Assembly: GCA_041694815.1 (NCBI GenBank)
Contig: JBGFSC010000042.1
Coordinates: 1-20,217 of the forward strand
Source of the DNA: Elusimicrobiota bacterium
GTDB taxonomy: Bacteria > Elusimicrobiota > Elusimicrobia > UBA1565 > JACRDR01
Length of the DNA: 20,217 bases
Reading direction: 5' to 3'
The notes under the pieces: model-generated
What the model was told of the DNA's origin: nothing
The model's input: only the letters and a program-made list of their open reading frames with translations
The model's database searches: none
Part shown: one piece after another, positions 18,148 through 20,217 of the stretch
Layout: each line of letters begins with the position of its first letter
How positions within the stretch are numbered: the stretch's first letter is position 1
Program-made: the position numbers and the translations under genes

Positions 18148-18374
18148 ACACCGTACGCGTCCTGCTTTTAGAGATTTTGGCCGTTTTCAAGACGCTCCGC
18201 GGCGCTTTGCCGCCGAGCTGCCGCTTCGCGCCGTCCTGCAGCGCGTACGCCGAGGAGGCCTTGGAGCGGCGCCGTCTTTCCGAGGCCCTCTGGCTCATCC
18301 TCAAGCGCCTCTTAAGCTGCCACCCCTTCCATCCGGGGGGATGGGATCCCCTTCCCCGCGCCCCGCGAGGCTGA
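18144..18374 (+). CDS. yidD: Membrane protein insertion efficiency factor YidD
   Basis: CRFAPSCSAYAEEAL...RLLSCHPFHPGGWDP. TTG start overlaps the rnpA stop (TTGA). Confidence 0.93.
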   Translation: MNTVRVLLLEILAVFKTLRGALPPSCRFAPSCSAYAEEALERRRLSEALWLILKRLLSCHPFHPGGWDPLPRAPRG

Positions 18375-19895
18375 ATGGAACGGAACTTATTCCTCGCGGT
18401 GCTTCTTTCGATGGGCGTCTACGTCGCCTGGTTCAGCTACATGGACCGCAAGAGCCCTCCTGCCGCTCCCTATATTGAAGCGCCGCGACCTCCAGAGGCG
18501 AAGCCCTTCGACGCGGCCGCGCCCGCCCCGCCGGAGGCGACCAAACCGGGGGCGACCCGGCCGGAGATATCGCTCAAGCTCGAGGACGCCGAACTCCGCT
18601 TCTCGCTACACGGGGGCGCGCTCTCGAGCTACCGCTTCCGGGGGCCCATGGGCTACGTGGAACTCGTGGAGAAGCCGGCCTCGTTGTTCGCTTCCTGGCC
18701 AGAACTCCCCTTTCAAGAACTCAAGATCCGCGACGGCAGGGCGTTGCACCTACAGGCCAGGCACCCCGCGGGCTTCGACATACGCAAGACCTTCCGCCTA
18801 GGCCCCGCCGGGCAGCTGAGCTTCATGCGCATCGAGCTGCGCAACCCCGGCCGCAAGGCCGTCCAGGTTCCGGCCTGGGACTTCTCCATCGGCCCGGGCC
18901 TGGGGACGGTGGAAAGCGAGCTCAAGGACAACCCCCAGACCTTGCGCGCCATCGGGCTCTTCCCGCCGCCCGCCGGCAGGAGCAAGGAACGCGTCGAAAC
19001 CCTCGATCCCGAGGCCTCCCCCTCGGATTGGCGCTGGCTGGCGGTCGATAACCGCTATTTCATCGCCGCGGTCTTTCCCTCGAGCGCTGAGTTCTCCGGC
19101 TACGGCGTCGACAACCCGCCGCCGGACAAGCTGCCGCGTCTACGCGTCATCGCCAAGGCCGAAACGCTGGCCCCGGGATCCGTCAGCATCCACGACATCC
19201 CGTTCTATCTGGGCCCGAAGGGGTACATCCATCTCAAGAAGCTTAACCGCGGCCTCGAACGCTCCGTCGACTTCGGCTGGTTCGATTCCCTGGGACGGCT
19301 GATCCTCCGAGCGCTGCAATCGCTGCACCGCCTCACCGGCAATTACGGCTGGTCGATCATCCTGCTGACGCTGCTGATCCAGGTCCTGCTCTTCCCCCTG
19401 ACCTTCAAGAGCCTCAAGGCCGCCGCCGCGATGCGCCGGCTGCAGCCGGAGATCGCCCGAGTGCAGCAGAAGTTCAAGCAGGACCCCCAGAGGCTCAACA
19501 CGGAGCTCATGCAGCTCTATCGCTCCAAGGGGGCCAATCCCTTGGGGGGCTGCCTGCCGATGCTCGCACAGCTGCCCGTCTTTTGGGCGCTGTTCACCAC
19601 ACTGCGCAACGCCTGGGAGCTGCACGGCTCACCGTGGGTACTTTGGGTGCGGGACCTCTCCGCGCATGACCCGTTCTACATCCTGCCCCTCATCATGGGC
19701 GCGGTGATGTTCGTCCAGAACAAATATACCCAGCCTCCGGCCGGCGATCCCACGCAGGCGAAGATCATGACCTACATGCCGTTGATCTTCACGTTCATGT
19801 TCCTCAATTTTCCCGCGGGACTGGTTCTCTATTGGTTGACCAACAGCCTGCTGAGCGTCGCGCAGCAATTCGCGCTCAAGGACAAGCTTTCGTAA
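18375..19895 (+). CDS. yidC: Membrane protein insertase YidC
   Basis: VDFGWF, GNYGWSIILLT, NPLGGCLPML, DLSAHDPFYILP, PAGLVLYWLTNS. Confidence 0.98.
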   Translation: MERNLFLAVLLSMGVYVAWFSYMDRKSPPAAPYIEAPRPPEAKPFDAAAPAPPEATKPGATRPEISLKLEDAELRFSLHGGALSSYRFRGPMGYVELVEKPASLFASWPELPFQELKIRDGRALHLQARHPAGFDIRKTFRLGPAGQLSFMRIELRNPGRKAVQVPAWDFSIGPGLGTVESELKDNPQTLRAIGLFPPPAGRSKERVETLDPEASPSDWRWLAVDNRYFIAAVFPSSAEFSGYGVDNPPPDKLPRLRVIAKAETLAPGSVSIHDIPFYLGPKGYIHLKKLNRGLERSVDFGWFDSLGRLILRALQSLHRLTGNYGWSIILLTLLIQVLLFPLTFKSLKAAAAMRRLQPEIARVQQKFKQDPQRLNTELMQLYRSKGANPLGGCLPMLAQLPVFWALFTTLRNAWELHGSPWVLWVRDLSAHDPFYILPLIMGAVMFVQNKYTQPPAGDPTQAKIMTYMPLIFTFMFLNFPAGLVLYWLTNSLLSVAQQFALKDKLS

Positions 19896-19908
19896 GGAGG
19901 CATATCTA

Positions 19909-20217
19909 GTGAAAACCATCGAGATCGAAGGAAAGACGGTGACGTTGGCGGTGGAGAAGGGCTTGGCCGAGCTGGGCCTACGCCGCGACCAGGTGGAAGT
20001 GCAGGTCTTGCAGGACCCCAACCCCGGCTTCTTGGGGCTGGGATCGAAGTTCGCGAAGGTACGCATTACGGAAAAGATATGGGGAGCGGAGGACCGCCCG
20101 CAGGGGCCGAGCGACGCCCCGCGCGCGGAGGCCCCCGCCGCCTATACCCGGCGCTCGTACGAGGCCCGTCCGCCGGCGGCGCCGTTTAAGGCCGCGGGGC
20201 GCCCCAGCCGCTCCGAG
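19909..20217 (+). CDS. jag: Jag/EloR (KhpB) RNA-binding protein, N-terminal part, truncated by the window end
   Basis: GTG after AAGGAGG; MKTIEIEGKTVTLAVEKGLAELGLRRDQVEVQVLQDPNPGFLGLGSKFAKVRI matches Jag_N; located downstream of yidC. Confidence 0.92.
   Translation, partial: MKTIEIEGKTVTLAVEKGLAELGLRRDQVEVQVLQDPNPGFLGLGSKFAKVRITEKIWGAEDRPQGPSDAPRAEAPAAYTRRSYEARPPAAPFKAAGRPSRSE

Overview
GC-rich bacterial chromosomal window. The secreted-protein style suggests Elusimicrobiota, but that is an impression, not a search result. Left part: a lipoprotein, a hypothetical gene plus bfr, a convergent overlapping bfd-like gene with a Fur-like box, and Gln-dependent nadE. Middle (about 3.5-8.9 kb) is an accessory segment. 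It holds three signal-peptide proteins with hydrophobic C-termini (two share a near-identical ~76-aa N-terminus but have unrelated C-termini), a degenerate ORF6N gene with an upstream palindrome, an orphan hicA lacking its catalytic His, a secreted GH13 amylase and a nested-palindrome element. Right part: an acs-(inactive-looking GIY-YIG)-aldehyde dehydrogenase-recO-glyQ-glyS operon, a secreted metzincin, and rpmH-rnpA-yidD-yidC-jag without dnaA. The most notable signal is that the secreted-protein genes share a promoter architecture: ~16-bp TAGGCC-N4-GGCCTA-like boxes at a fixed distance from the -10 element. They also share a loose motif just after the signal peptide. Together this suggests an undescribed co-regulated set of polymorphic exported proteins. 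Leaderless or near-leaderless promoters are common in the window.
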